In this document: positions 15,001 to 30,000 of the stretch, piece by piece
How the letters are laid out: each line of letters starts with the position of its first letter
Numbering within the stretch: the first letter of the stretch is position 1
NCBI RefSeq assembly: GCF_001949145.1
Contig: NW_019091359.1
Span: 2,058,540 to 2,122,539, forward strand
Reading direction: 5' to 3'
Length of the DNA stretch: 64,000 nucleotides
From: Acanthaster planci
Lineage: Eukaryota
The notes under the pieces: generated by a model
The model's input: the letters and a program-made list of their open reading frames with translations, nothing else
What the model was told of the DNA's origin: nothing
The model's database searches: none
Made by a program: the position numbers and the translations under genes

Positions 15001-18000
15001 CCCCATTTTGACAGCTACCTTCATGTCCAAGCTTTTACAAACGATCATTGCTAAGCCACATTCACGATATGGCTGATGAGTTTTCTCTCCTTTTTCAAGT
15101 CTTGAGTGACATTTTGTTTCTTTTTTTTTTCATACATGTTGACTGCAGGTTGATCCAAACAGCATAGCCGGAGAAGACGGCAGAATCAAGGAGGGTGATC
15201 AGATATTGCAGGTATTCACTTTACCTTCCAATTAATTGGATTAAGTAATACAAACCTCCCTCCTTCAGGATCCCATGGTCCCACCCCTCCCATCAGAATT
15301 TGGAATTTTATAGTGTTTAATAGGACCACATGAAACAGCTGTACAGTCACAGGACACTACGGTGCAACTGGGACTAGGAACTTTACATGCCCATCATGCA
15401 CATGAGCTGCATTCTGGCCTCCAAAGATTGGCACATGGTAACTTCAATGTTAGATATGAATGTGATATCCAGTTGGTATTTAGAGATCATTGGATGTGTC
15501 ATCTGGGGGCCTGTTTGATTCACGCGGATCCAAATTGCGATAAGTGATCCGATGTTGGTTCACTGACACCAGAACCTACATAATGAATGGATGGAACCAG
15601 CGTTGGGATCACTGATCGAGATCCAGATCTGTAGGAAACAAACAGCCTCTATGGTTCAGAAGTTTTTTGGACTTTCATTGGAGTGACAATTTTGGAGACG
15701 ATTACGGGGTTGTGTTAATCACTTTACTGTTCCAGTTTTGGGTGGTTCTCAATTTCATTATTTTCTGTGGATACACTGTGCTACAGTCGACTGATATAAT
15801 TTCTCTTTTTTGTTCCTTGACTCTGCCGGGCGGGTTTACCGAATGAGCTCATCTTTGTCAGCAAGGATGTCAATAATTTGATTTGTGTTGAGAATTACCG
15901 CCACGAATGTGCGTATCAAGCTCGGAATCATGCCGTCAAAAGCAAGCAGTTCAAACAACCCGGAGCATTAATTGGGGGCAAACATGATCGCATGTCACTA
16001 AGTAATAACGCCACTTCCCCAAGCTCCATTACGTCTTCGCAATCAAACATCTTTAAATCGATGACTCTTGAATAAATACTGACTCGAGTAATTTCCTCGC
16101 TGTAATGGATTGTTGGCTGAATCAATGACAGAATAATTCTCTAAGTCCACAAATTAGACCCAAAGACGAAGGAGTGGAAATATCCAAAGTTCAGCACGCC
16201 TTTCCCCTTGGACAAACATCCGCAGATAAAACTGACCCCGAGATAAATGCAATCTTGGAGCATTTATTCTACTTGAGAGTTGCATTAGGACCCTCCAGAC
16301 GCGAACACCAAGGTTCATTTGCGACAAGATCCCAGCATCCGAGATTAATACCGTTTCATCTCGGGGTTTCGGAGGGTTGTGTCTCTGCGTGATACTTTGT
16401 CTGGCATACTTTATCAAAGTCCAGAAGCCCATTGTGTCTTAGTCTCATTTATCAACCCTCGCTGGGTATGTGTGTCTCATTTTGTCAAGACGCTCTATTG
16501 AGAAAGTATTGTACTCTGTATATTACCAAGTTCAATTAATTGACATATCATCAGAAAAGAGTTCAGAGTGGTATGAGAGTTGATCTGTAGTCCAAGCATT
16601 GTCGTGCTTCTCCAACGTCGTTGACTGAAAACTTGGACAGGAAGGAAGCAGACTGACATCTCTGTGATTGTCAAGATGAAAACACCAACTTTTGACTACA
16701 TTAAATCACTTGCAATTCCGTCTTCTCTGCCTAATACTAGGATGCCTTTTAAAACAGCAATAAAGGACTTGTGATTTTAATTACATCAGCATCAGAGGGC
16801 TGCTCACTGTGGAAGAAAGTGATACTTTGAATATGTTACTACTTCATGTAGATGACAAACAAATGAAAAAGAGGAATAAATAGGAAGCAATATTACTGTC
16901 CGCTCACGTGCTATTACCAAGATGGTCATTGTTGCAGAAATCACTGTACCAGCTTTACTAGTTTGCAACATGCATGCAAAATATTGAAATAAACAGGAAC
17001 AGGTGTAATTATTCTTACAGTAAATGTACGTTACCAACTAGCACCATAATGCAGTACCGAGTGAATATGTCAGCGCGGGAACCAACACTCTCACTTACTC
17101 CATTTGTTTGCATTACACTTCCTGGCTCAAAATGACATCACGCTTAGGCACTCCATGAACCTGCTTCAGTGTTGAACTTTTTAATGGATATTTTCTTACA
17201 AGTCATTCAGTTGTCTTGGTTTCATTTCCTCCTTTGCACAGATCAATGGCGAAGATGTGCACAGTAATGATCAAGCCTTGTCACTGTTCGCCCAGCAGTC
17301 AGATAGTACCTCGTTACTCCTCTGCAGATCACAGCTACAGGTAAGACACGAGAGATAAATTAAGACATAAGATTCCAACTGAGTCATTGCTGGGTAGAGG
17401 TTAGATAAGACTCGATGAGGCATGAACCCAAATGCTACATTCTTGAAGTGCTTGCTGTGATTTGTGCTTTTTTGTGTTAACTTAGTCTGTTTTCCTTTGT
17501 TCTTCATCATTTGAAAAGTAAGCACCAGTGAAAGTTTCAAAGATGGGTCTGATTTTGTGTAGCGAGCATTCTGTGAAATTAGCATTCACGTGCCAGCGAT
17601 GATTGAGAGAAAAATTACAGATATGGGTCATCACTCAAGCTGGCTAGCATTGTGGAAGACAGAGTATTGAAAAAGCGGCTAACAGTTTCACAGCTCATTG
17701 AAAACAAGTCCGAAATCCAAGAGATTGTAATCAGGGGACAAGGCTTTGTAATATGGCCTGTGCCGACAGCAGGCATTCTCCTCGTGTGTGCTCGATATTA
17801 AGAACAAAATTTAGCTCAAAGGAAGCGACTCACTGCTTAAAAAACAAGAGAGCAAGAAAGAAAAAAAGAAAGAGGTTTGCCATGTCCCTCGATACAAAGC
17901 TCAAGAGTGGTGCATGAGCCCGCCCGGCAGAGCTAGTGATGGATAGATGAGACTTTGATACATGTTTTTAAGGGTTTTTTTTTTCCTTTGGAGGGAGAAA

Positions 18001-21000
18001 TCCTAGGAAATTTCTATTGCATGGTTGGAACGCATCTTCGACGAGGCAAGTGCCTCATTTGGTCGGCAATCAATCGCCCGTCCTATGTTCAGCAGCGGAA
18101 TGCTTTTGTCGGTGAGATCAAAGGCCTGAGTTCAATGAAGCTTGCTGCTCCTGGTAAGCGGCGAAGGAACTGTCGGGAAGACCACTGGTTAAATTGGAAA
18201 AGATAAAATAAGAGAGGTCATACCCTGCACATCAAGATGCTGTGATTGTGACGTCGGGCAAATTCTCGAGTAGAGATTTGATTTCTTCCGTTTTTAAAAA
18301 TTCATTTTGATTTATTATGAATGATTAAGGATGTGTTCTTTCAGTCCTTTTGAAATGTACATGTAGCTTTTGTACTTTTTACATTGGAAGACTTTCATCT
18401 TGGATTTGGGAATGTTTTGCAAGCATATGATTCCGACTTTACAGAATTGCAGGCTGGATTCAGTCAGGTGAAATTTGATTGGATAGCTTGATATTTCCCT
18501 TTTCTCCCCTGTTTGTCGGTATTTGTTCTTCAGTTCATTCTCAAGATAATTGTCTGCCTCGGGATGCTGTTTGGTTCATACAGGATGTTGTGCTGAAGAC
18601 TCTAGATTGTCGAGATTTGAATCGTATTGGAGGCATTGTGTAAGTCTCCAAATTCCAGCACCAAGATGCGGTACACCTCAGCGTAAGAGGAGCAGGATTT
18701 TGAAAATGCTGAGGATAAAATGGCCGAAGCTTATTAACTTGTAATAGAAACTGCCCTTCAGTGGATGCTGGTGTCATTTTTTTGTCCAGGAATTTTCCGA
18801 TGGATATTCCAAGGAGAGATTTACTACGTGGTCACATTCTTGCGGTGGACCCATCGGTCTTGAAATTGCCGAGCACCGGCAGACATTTGGAATGCCGAGT
18901 TCAACAGTTTAAAATATTGTCTGACGAAAATGTTAAATGTTGGCATGACTGTGATGCCAGTGTCTCCCGTGCCAAAGAGGCAAAAGGAGACAGGTTTGCT
19001 GAATGATTCCCAGGTTGGACTTGCAGTAAAATGTTTTCTTCATTAATGCCTTCAGGATTTAATATAGCAAATAATGAATGTGGGGTCGGTAATTGTGGGA
19101 CCTGTGTTCAATTTCAGACCAAAAGAAAGGTGACTTTCCTCTTAACACGATTGAACTTTCTCTTGGTCATGTTCCAGTGAATTCATCCCCAGGCTTTAAT
19201 GGGAGATCCAGTAACTACACTGTGAAAAAACGGTTCAAAATGTTGACTTCGGTCATCTTCAATGAGTCTTCAAGATATTTTTCTTAAGATCTCTTGTTAC
19301 TTGTCATTGGACTTAAATTCTGTGAAATCTGTAATAATGCTTGTGTTCTGGAAATGCTGGCATGTCAGCACATGTGCACATTTAAATACCCTTGCTACCT
19401 TGAAACCTTTGTTAGTTTCTGAATAAAGATTTTCAGTAATGGACTTCTTCTAACGACCTCAAAAGCCGTACACAGGCCATTTTGAAGCATGATATTGCTT
19501 ACATCATAATTAAAACCACACAACCCTCATAAATATTGACTCATTTGTAGAAACTCTTCTCCCGTTCATAATCCAAGGGGTTAGATTTTAACATCCCATT
19601 ATATGCATATTCCAGATTTTTAAATGTGTTGAAGAAGAAAAGGAGATTTGCATGAACTCAAATTAGCATCCCGAGTAACGGTTTCACTCGAGTCCCTTCT
19701 GATTTGTTAAAGATCACCCAAGTGCAAAAGATGGTAAGGGAAGGCCAGCATTTTTTGCTCAACTGGTTTGCCAGCCCTGCCTAGGCTAGGTGCTGACTTG
19801 CTGGTCCATTAGCGCCATCCTAAGTTGTTTGTGACAAGAAGTTAGCCTTGCTGGAGCAAGCAACATCCTCCCTGACTCCGAGCTGAACAAATCTGCCCCC
19901 GGATGCTGGTGACTACACTCCAATGGGCCGAGATGTAATCAGCTGGAAAGTCGTCTTTTTCTCGATGCATTTAATTCACTTTTTTTCCGTTTCTTCTTTC
20001 CCGCTTCCATTTTTGCAGTGAAGTGAAAGACTGAGGCATGCTTACAGGAAATGCCGCGACTGTTATAAGAAACAGTTTCTGTCCTTTTTTATGCTGTCGT
20101 GATTTCCCCCAAGACATTACTGTATTTTGTTTGCGGTGCCGAACGTCAAATGTAAAATCAGAAAAGTAATTTAATTTGTGCGACTTGAATGCAAAGCACT
20201 TTCTCAATTCAGGTCCTTTTTTCTTTCATTTCGGCACCCGTGCAAGCACAGACGAGTTGAACTTAATTAACAAGAGCTTGTTCCCTGTCGCCAAGAAAAT
20301 CATATAAAAAAAATTGGGAAATGTTTGATTTGTCATGGCGTATGAGATAATTTTTTTTCTCTATACTGTCAGCATTCCCATGGAGTATTTGTTACATTAT
20401 CCTTCCATTTCAGCAGAGAGTTTTTTTTTTGGCATGCATGTGTCTCGGCAATAATTCTTCTCCTTGCCTTTGATAAATCTTCATTAGGGATCCGTTTGAT
20501 GTGCGGCACATGCCGCCGTTGACCTAAGCCTAAATACCCCCCGGCCATGCAGACAGCGGTAAAGCAAGCCCACACCGACATAGGCATCCAAATGATGATA
20601 TGATGTCCGATATCGGTTTATTTCTGAGCCGAGTCGACATCTCACGTGTGAAGCGTTTTACCAAGATGCTCATCAGTTTCTACTTGAATAGGTTCTTAGA
20701 CCATTTTAAATCTTTTAATAGTCAAAGCTTTTTACTTATCCTGCGTGCTGTCTACGTTTTTCATTTGATGTTTCCTTTTTTTGATTGAAAGTAGCCAAAA
20801 GCTCCTTCCATTGTAGATTAAAAGACGGTAGACGAACGATTTATACTCATGGGCAGTGAGCAGCAGATCAGGTCAGTAGAATGAGCAAGACAGAGTTTGT
20901 ACAGGATCCTGTACAGGATCGCCATGGCAACCTGAATTGCTTTCATTTTACTATTACCTATTGAAATTTTCTATTTCTTGGAAATTTTGTCACGCCTTTT

Positions 21001-24000
21001 GCTCTGAAAAATACCCAGAATTCAAATTCTGCAGAAATTTTGTGACGGCTCAAAATTATGCGTGTATTTCATGCATTTTGAAGTACATGTACAAGACAAG
21101 CTTGTTTCCAAATGGACAACTTCCCAAATTTCCTGCGTTTAGTCAGAACACCTGCTGTGAAGCAAAATACACTGACAAATGAGGGGTTTGGGGCCGGTTT
21201 TACCCTGAGAGTGTGTTCAGTAAAGCTCCCCTTTCATCATCTCACCACCTATGTGAATCCGGAGTGCAGGTACCGAGAATTTACCTCCCATTGGTTCCTG
21301 CTGTAGGCTTAATTAATTGGATAGAAATTGCACTTTAGGGCCATCATCGGCTGGTCTGCGGAACAGGAAACTTCAAATTGCTAATAATGTTCTGAAACCC
21401 TGAGTCCTTGAGACACATAATACGATGAGTCAGGGGCGAGGCTTATACCTGTCCAAACCGCAGTATCTTTTTTCTCCGTTGGATGAGGCAGGGAAATCGG
21501 CTTGTGTTAGATGAAGAGATAGACAAAAAACGCACTGCGTGGCACTGAAAAAACATACTTATGTTAACATGCTTACCTTGTGTGAAAGGTGGAGTTAATT
21601 TTGTTTTTCTGTAGAACCTTGTTGACAGTTCGTTTTTCTTTTTCTTAATTCATGATTTTTTTCATATTGTACTGGGCCCTTAAGTCATGGCTGTGTCGGA
21701 ATGATCTTCAGACATATGTAACCTATAAAGCACCCTTTGATAATTTGTCAAAAATGAATTTCATGTGTCTAACTACAACTTTTCCCACCCCAATTTTGCT
21801 GTCATCAACTTCAAGTGCTTCATCTCCAAGTCAAAGCTCCAGTTCCACATCTTACATAAATGTACATGTATCCACTCCAAGCTTCCTTCGCTGCCCAGTG
21901 TCATCCCACGTGCAGCCTCGCTAGAACCGGACTTCAACCCACCCTGAACCCATTTCAATCTAGTTTAGCCCGTCTCCTGAATGATTTCTCTCCATGGCTC
22001 TTACCGTATTTCTATGAATTCTACTCCCTGTGACGTCACAGTCATGGTGGCCCCCTTGCCTTAACTCCACTGCAATACCATCCAGCAGATGTTCATCTGC
22101 AGACAGTAGCTTCATGAGTTCCCCTAGATAAAAAAGTTCTTTCCTAAGGTGTGTGGCGTCTGAAAAGAGTGCATATGCTGGTAGGAAATTTTAGGGGTGA
22201 GTGTGGACTGATTCAGTGTGCAGCTACAACGTAGGTGTTAACTGGTTTAGAATAACAGCAACAAGAGATTAGGTGGCATTTGTTTTCAAGTCAAATGAAC
22301 AATGCCTTCAAGGGTGCAAGTTAATCGGTGATCAGTCTGCTGAACATTTTTCCGCCACTTTCAGCTGCAGCAGACACACTTTTTTCTTTAGTTATTTCCA
22401 ATTTCACATTTTTTCCAAAGCCCCCCTTAAAAACAAGAAAAAGAAATAAAAATATAACTTAAGGGCCACACTGTCAAAATAGAGTAGGTCAGAAAACAGG
22501 AGGCACACAGTGTTGATTTGGTTTTTGGAAGCCAAAGTAGATTATAGGAAAGAGGAATAAAATGTTTAAGTTTTAAGAGTGTAAACCAGTAAGTCCATGT
22601 AAGTCCTCGCATCCCTACTTTCTGTGGGAAATCATTCATGCAAACGATGATACAACAACTGTTTGCTTTGTGAACCCTGAACCTTGCTCGCAAACAGTGT
22701 TTATTCTTCGGGGAAAACTCCACAGTTAATCCCGCCCTATAAATTGTAATTTTCGCCAATCACAAAACACTTTCCTTATGTCAACAGTCCAATCATAGAG
22801 GCCCCGCTGTGCCCTGAGAGTGGATATTGGCGCTCACCGGAAATCATAAAAAAATGTGAACATCCAGTGATTACGGCCAGTGTAAACAATTTTGAGGAGT
22901 GAGAGAGCCAGGTGTCATTGAACTTCGCCTAGCCAAACAGAGTCAATGATCGGCTAATCAGATTTGCTGTCTTGATGACACTGGAAACGAGTAGTTGGTA
23001 CGAAAACTGATACGGCAGTCTCACACAAAGCAAGCGCAGCTTTTAATGAGTAATAAAAAAAATCCTGTCATAACTATTGAAGATGGACGGCAAAACTTCT
23101 CGCATTTCATCGGGTACTTTAGCGCTGTATTGAGCACCCTATTGAGGCCGCCAGGAAACACGGAGCCAAACTATAGATTAGTTTCATAATAGAACGATCG
23201 TATTCTGACACTACGCTCTCTTGAGTTCCGTATGGTGCGATAGCTATCAAGCAATCCAAATATCACCTTTTTTCTGTGGTTCACATCCTTTGCTGCTGTT
23301 TTTATTGCCATGGGATTTATATAGCTCATCCGATCATGTTGTCGGTAGTGAAAAGCCTAGAGTGGTATTTTTGGCACGCGCGAGATGTTTTCGACGGAAG
23401 TCTGCAACTGATATGTTTTCATTCCTCCTTGCTGCCTGGGCACTTCAATAAGCAACTAAAGACTGATCTTTAACCTGGTACAGTTTTACGCCGCATCGAT
23501 TGAAAGTGCTGGAAAGCAAATTGATTCCAGGATAAAGTGTTTTCAATGAGGAATATCACTAACTTGTTTTCTGTACCTTGCTAGAAATTGTTTGTCTTAG
23601 CTTGGACGGAATCATAATAGCAAAGCCTATAAATTCAAAGATTTAGAAGAGTTGTTTCCTTTTCATGTTTTATTGAATTCTTCATTTCCATACCATGCTT
23701 TGTATAACTTTTGTTAATTTGTTTTTTAGTTTACTGGACTTCTTTGCTTGTCTTACTTTCTTTAGCACTTGTTTGTCCAAGTTGTGAAATGGGGCACTTT
23801 TTACTGCAACTCCAACCTGAAACTACCCCAGTCAGAATCTGTCATCAAGGGGAGCTTGAAAACCCCAGTCTCATTAAATTGGGTCTGGTTTCTGACCCAA
23901 CCTGGTGACATCTGGCCCCCTTGGGTCATTTGGCCAAAGTGTGACAGTTATCGGCTTCTTTGCTGGCGGCCTGTGCCTGGGGCCCCAGGAATAATGAAGT

Positions 24001-27000
24001 GATGAGTGGTCAGTAGTTTCAGCATTAATCAAAAGTCATTGTGCTACTTCTAAACCTCAAATGAATGTTTAGTTTGTCCCATTTTACTTGCCGCCACAAG
24101 TGATTCTGTTTGATTTCCTGCCATTGGGGAATTCTACAAAAAGATACAAGGATTAGGCACGTAGTGTAGGTTGTCCAAACATTTTGGATTTGCTGGAAAG
24201 TGCAACTCAGCCAAGTTTCAAAGTGATCCTTAAAATGCATAAATTTCTACAACTTGTGGACAGCAGGAGATTGGATGTAACAACATGTAGGATCTGAATT
24301 GAAATCAGTGTCAAAGCTTCCATATTGGTTAACACCATGCTGTGTTCAGTTGGGCATTTCGGGTAATACCTGTACATATAGTCTTGTTCCTTTTTCCTCT
24401 GTACATTTTTCAATATCGGTCTTTGCCTTTATCTTCATGTGATCCTTTCTGTCAACATCGTTTCTGTTAACAAATGTTGCTTTTGTACCATTTGTTCATC
24501 ACTTGGGCTGAATAGTTTCCAGTGTTTTTATCTAAAATTTCCCATGCTTGGGTGGTCTTGTATTTGACTCCCCTATCTTTTGCAATTCTAATTCTCTCTG
24601 TTCTGTAGAGAAATGTTTTTCCTCCAAGTGTCATCCTCCACATCATCTGGGGGGGTCTCTGATTGGCCTTGAATGTTTCACATCCATTTTGCAATTTAAA
24701 ATAAGCCGTCTGGTCTGCTCTAAGAAAAGTGTATCCAGTCCTTCAACCTCTTACCCACTGCTAGAATCCAATTTGTTAAAGATGTAGCTGTCTAATGTGG
24801 CCCATCAATCACCTGGGGGGTGTTGCCTGGCAGCATGTAGGTGGCAGGGAAGTAAAATTCCTACTCTGCCATCTTTGGGCCTGAGAACTTCTCCACCTGA
24901 GGTGTTTCAAAACACCTTTCTAACATAAATTTGACAAAGGAGTGTGTTTGTTATTGGGAGAGGACTGCAGTTAATGGTAATCACACCCACATGTACACTA
25001 GGAAAACTAATAATGGACATGCAGTGATGGTGGGTTGAGATTTTCAAGAAGTATTCTGCTTGGTTTACTTGTGTACGTAGAACTTTAAATTTGTTTTGAG
25101 TTCCAGCAGGCTCCCCAGAGTTACCTGCATGCAGCTGCAGCTCTGAAAAAAAAATGACCCTGTCTATCTGGACTGAGTACCTCGTCATGCCATGGTGCCT
25201 CAAGATGCTAAGGGTCAAACTTAGCTTTTCTAGTGTGGACTGCATGGTATAGACTGTATATAACTTGCTTGCAGATTCCACTTAAGTGAGACATGTTTTG
25301 TTGGTCTAGCCAGAGTGTACCTTTAATGTCTCTCATGCGGAGGGAAATTTGTCAGACTGGACAGCAGTTCCATCATAATTATCCATGATTTATGGTGACG
25401 GGGGTGATTTGTCTGTGTGTTTTTCTTCATCAGAAATTCATTTAGGTTTTATGAGTGGTGATCCATTTATCCAGAAACTGAGGAAATGGAGAAAAAAATA
25501 AGGAAAGGGTGCAGGTTGTTTTGAGGTAGTGCATGCAAGAATGAATTGAGTGTAGTCGGCACGGGTTAAAGCGGCGCATTTGCTCTGTTGGTTACATCAT
25601 TGTTATTCTTGCCTGTTGTTGCTGCGTCTCTGTTCAAGACTTGAGTTGCCAGTGTTGCTATTGCTAGTGGCACTTCTCTGTTGCTGGTGTTATGATGTCG
25701 GCTAATGCTGCCAGCAGTATTGTGTCTGATGGTGCTGGTTGTGCTTTAGTCGCTGCTGTTGTAGATGATACACACTGCTTCGCCTGCTGTTTCCGTTGCC
25801 ACTACGGTGTCTGCTTCTGCAGAGCATCTCCATTAATCTCATACAATGCTGTAAAAAAGAATTTATCACAGGATACTCACAGGATGAAAGTTATTACACT
25901 TCTGGAATTTCCCCCATTTTTTCTCTCTGCCAACAGTTTGACGAATGCCTGTTCGATGAACACAATGCATTACTGGAGGACATACAGCTAGACATGCTCG
26001 AACAAACACACCAAGAGGCCATGCAGTTTACATCTTGCTTACTGGCAGAACATGTAAGTAATTTTAAAAAAAAAAAATCAACATGACAATGTTACCCCCA
26101 TAAGCCTCGGTGTTTATGTGATTCTGTAAGTAGCACGCCATTTGATACATCTGCTTTATTTGTTTATGTGAATTAAATTAACAAGTGCAGTGGTACAGTT
26201 GACTTTGATTTGGGTTTTTTTTTTTTACATGGGTAAGTAAATGTGGGGGGGTTCATTTGGCTTACATACTGACCTTTTTGCTTTCATTTTTCAAACACTC
26301 TTAGACAAACTCATGCCTTTCCAAACAATTCTGTGGATTTTTTTGGTTGTAATTCAGTCACATGTCCTGTGTTAAAAAATTCTGTAAATAAATACTTAAC
26401 AAGATGGCAGTGTGGTTGTGTGGGTAAAAAAAAATACATGGTACCACGTTATGCCCATAAAGTCAAGAAAACAGAATCCACAACAAGTCGGGTGGCCACC
26501 AATCACCCAATGAAAATGCCATCTAGGGTTTCAGCTCATCCTCAAGTAACTGAGAACACCTCTGGAAAGCTTGTAATTATTACCGTCCTTCAAAGAGACA
26601 CTGGTAGCTATTCTTGACAACCTCCCTGTTTGTATCTGTTGAAGATGTCTGCTTCTTTTCTTGCTGCATTTATTCATCACGGAGAATCACAGCATGCTTT
26701 GAAAGCATGGCGCATGGATGAAATTTTCTTTTGGGGGGGGCACTCTGGCCTGGGGCTTCTTTTATCGTCGTTGCAATCAGCAGGTTTTTCTCGCAGATGG
26801 GTTTAAAGAAAAGCGGCTCCAGTTTCTTTCCACCGCACTTGCCAGGAGGCTGTGTGGCTGTGCACTCTAGATTCAGCAGGTAACCATCTCCCCAGCCTAT
26901 GAGCACAGCCGGCCGGTCCTCTGCATTGAACACTGCTCATGGATGAGTTGGGTAGGTGTAAAAAAAGAAAAAAAAAATTAAGAAAAAAAAGCTTTGATCG

Positions 27001-30000
27001 TACGTAACCGCTACGAGCTAGGAAACCAGAGATCTCCAATCATGCCAGGGAAAAAGTTTGCTCTGTAGAATTGGTGATCTGGATGTGACATTTGGGAAAT
27101 CTTCTCCTGTGCTGTGCTGTCAAGTTAGCCTGCCGATATTCTCAAGTTCTCCACCCAGGGGGAGTAATTAACCGACGAATTGCCTTGGAAACTCCAGGCT
27201 GAAATTCCAAACGGTATCTGGAAATTGCATTGGCAATGAAGAATCAACTACTCGTTGAAATGTAACACATGCAGATGATGCCGTGTTTAAAAAACTGAAT
27301 CAGATGGAGGGGAGGCCGAAGACAAGCCTTAGCATAATTGTGCTGCAGTACACACGGTTGCCATGGTGAAGGGACCGCAGTCTTCACCAGGCAAAAATAC
27401 TGTGCAATTTTGTTGTTTTCATCATCGGAAACCAGCTGTGACATTCCATGTTCTGTCATTCAGTCATGATAATGGTGAGCGTTGTGACTCATTTTGTGCT
27501 CATTTGCTGTCAGTTGTATTCATTCTATGGTTCTATCTTCCTGTCTCTCCTTAATGGGCCCATTAGGACCATCTGTTGGATCTGCTCATGCTCTTTCCTT
27601 CATGCTGTCCTTTTGTTGCCATGGAAACAGGTAACCGCATAGGATAGGCATCCCACCTCCAATCTTGATGCCTAATCCGGGAAGTTGATATACAGAGAGA
27701 AGATGGTAACGGATAAAGCGTCGGACGGTCTTTGAGCTTGTTAGGCTGTCTGCCTGCACATTAGCAGACCTGTCAGACAAATTCGCCCTTGCTCCCCTTG
27801 TCTTTGTGATCCGCCTACATTTGCACAGTGTGATGACAGATCGCTATCATGCATTAAATCCTGCTGACGTGACACTCCAAGCACGGCTGATTGCATGGGG
27901 TGTAAACGAGCTAATACCGCACCAAGGTTCATCCGATAAAGCTTTCCTGTAATCAAGAAAGAGACAAGAATGAACATTGGAATTTCCTTTCTCTGGTTTA
28001 TTTTTCGTATACTTTCTTCAACTGTAATCAGTGCTCTGTATAAACTTGTTTTTTGTATATGTAAAGGCGACTGCAAGGAACTTGAAACAGCGTAAATTAA
28101 AATTATCAGAGTTGTACTTAAGCCCATCACAATTCCCGGCAAGTCCATCACAAGTCTTCAAGCCTTAAGCCAAGTCATAAGCTATTCAGATGTCTTTGCC
28201 ATTTTCATTGGATGAACTTGTGAGAGACTCATCTACAGCACTGCAAATTACACACCTGATCCATTTTCCTCTTTGCCCATTTCCCAAGGACCGGTGTAGA
28301 CTGATCTTAGAAGATGCTATATTTTCATTATATTATTAACGGTTTATTTTAAAAGTCTCTCGCTGTATAACACAGATATAAACATTAGCATAAAACACAT
28401 TGAAATATATTCAAAATTAAAAAGAAAAAAAACTAATAAACAATCTAAAGGATAGACAGGAGTTGCACTGGCTCATACAGGTTTTGCATGAACACTATTT
28501 ATGTATATGTGTGTTTGAAACAATTGGTAAATCACAACACTCTATTGGTCAAATACATGTAGGTACCACTACAGTAATAGCTGTTAATTTGAGTTGCCTG
28601 ATTAGCCTATATGGAATTCGGGAGGAATTGCCCTCCAAGATCAACTTTTGGTGTAGTTTTCACTTGTTTTATCGTAAATAACCAGCAGTGGTAAATGACA
28701 TCCTTTTTTCACGTCCAAATTTTATCCTCCCATGCACACCCATGCCAACCTGCTGTTGAAAGCCACTTACAGTCCTTGCAAGGAGGGGGGGTTGGATTTT
28801 ATCTGTCATTTGCAGTGGATGTCCATACATATTTGCGAGCAGCAGGATCCAGCCCTGATCCCGCTTGGCCACTGCCCATCTGCCGAGCTCTAATTGGCCT
28901 ATTGCATAAGAAAAACCCAACATTTGTCCAGCACATGGAGCATGGCAGTGGCTCTTCCTGGCTAAGTATTACATGTACACACACTTGGGTATTGCAGTGT
29001 TAAAAGATAGCCAATTCATTGCCAAGCAGGCTAGATTTGTGTGGTTATGTAGGGCTGTCTACACATTGTATAGATTCCAAGCACAATAACACTCAAGAAA
29101 GGGTTGGGAAGCAAGTTGCCGTTGGTTGAAAGAAATGGATTATCTTGTGAAGGTTGAAGTAGGATAATAAATAGGCCTTGACTAGGCATCCCGCCTGACA
29201 GAACCAGTGCTAAACTTGGTAACATATAACATAAATCATGCCATTAAAGTCATCCGATATCATTCCCGGATAAGTTCTTATAGTATAATGTACAATTCCC
29301 TTTAAGCATTGAGCTTTTCTAAAGTATATTACATCTTCGGGATACGGAAATGATGCTGTGATGATGAAAGTTTTGAAAGATTCTTTGTTTTGATTTGATT
29401 TTTTTGTATTTCTTTATTCAAACCTGTTTTGTGTTCTGTTAATCACGGAAAGAAACAAGACTTTGCCGCCTCTTGAGATCCAGAACAGAAGGACCCCATA
29501 CAAGAGCAATAAAAACACACGGATCCCTAAGAAAATTGCCTTGTGAAAAGTTTGACAACCGGACATAAACACATCATCTGCAGGTAGAGGCTGTTGGGGG
29601 AATAAATACTGGAGTTTCGGGCCTGGTCTTTTGATCTGGCGCTCAGGGGGAAACCCAATGACAATGCTGCCGCTATGCCAGCCCTGAAAAAAATCCCCTG
29701 GCTTGAAACAACATTTTTAGTCCTCAAGACCAAAAAGCACACACATGCTAAGATTTGTGCCCAACAGCTCCGAAGAACAACACCCGTGGTTAATCTTTCA
29801 CCAGCGCCAGGGAAGAAATGGGGAGATGGAAAAGGGGGTGGGTAATGATCCAGGACGACGTAGAATGCTGGTCAGTCATCCTGGCTTCAGAGCTAACCAG
29901 GGGGATCCAGCCAGAGACCCTCAGGTTTGGAGAGCTTCAAACACAGTGAGTCACAAAATAAGAGCACCGGGCGGATCAGCTGAGCGGAAGCAGCAGTGTA

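Noticed and set aside
25560..25830. Ala/Val-rich ORF start before the 25937 exon
   Set aside because: Degenerate GCT/GTT-type low-complexity intronic sequence; the true exon is in another frame with its own acceptor.
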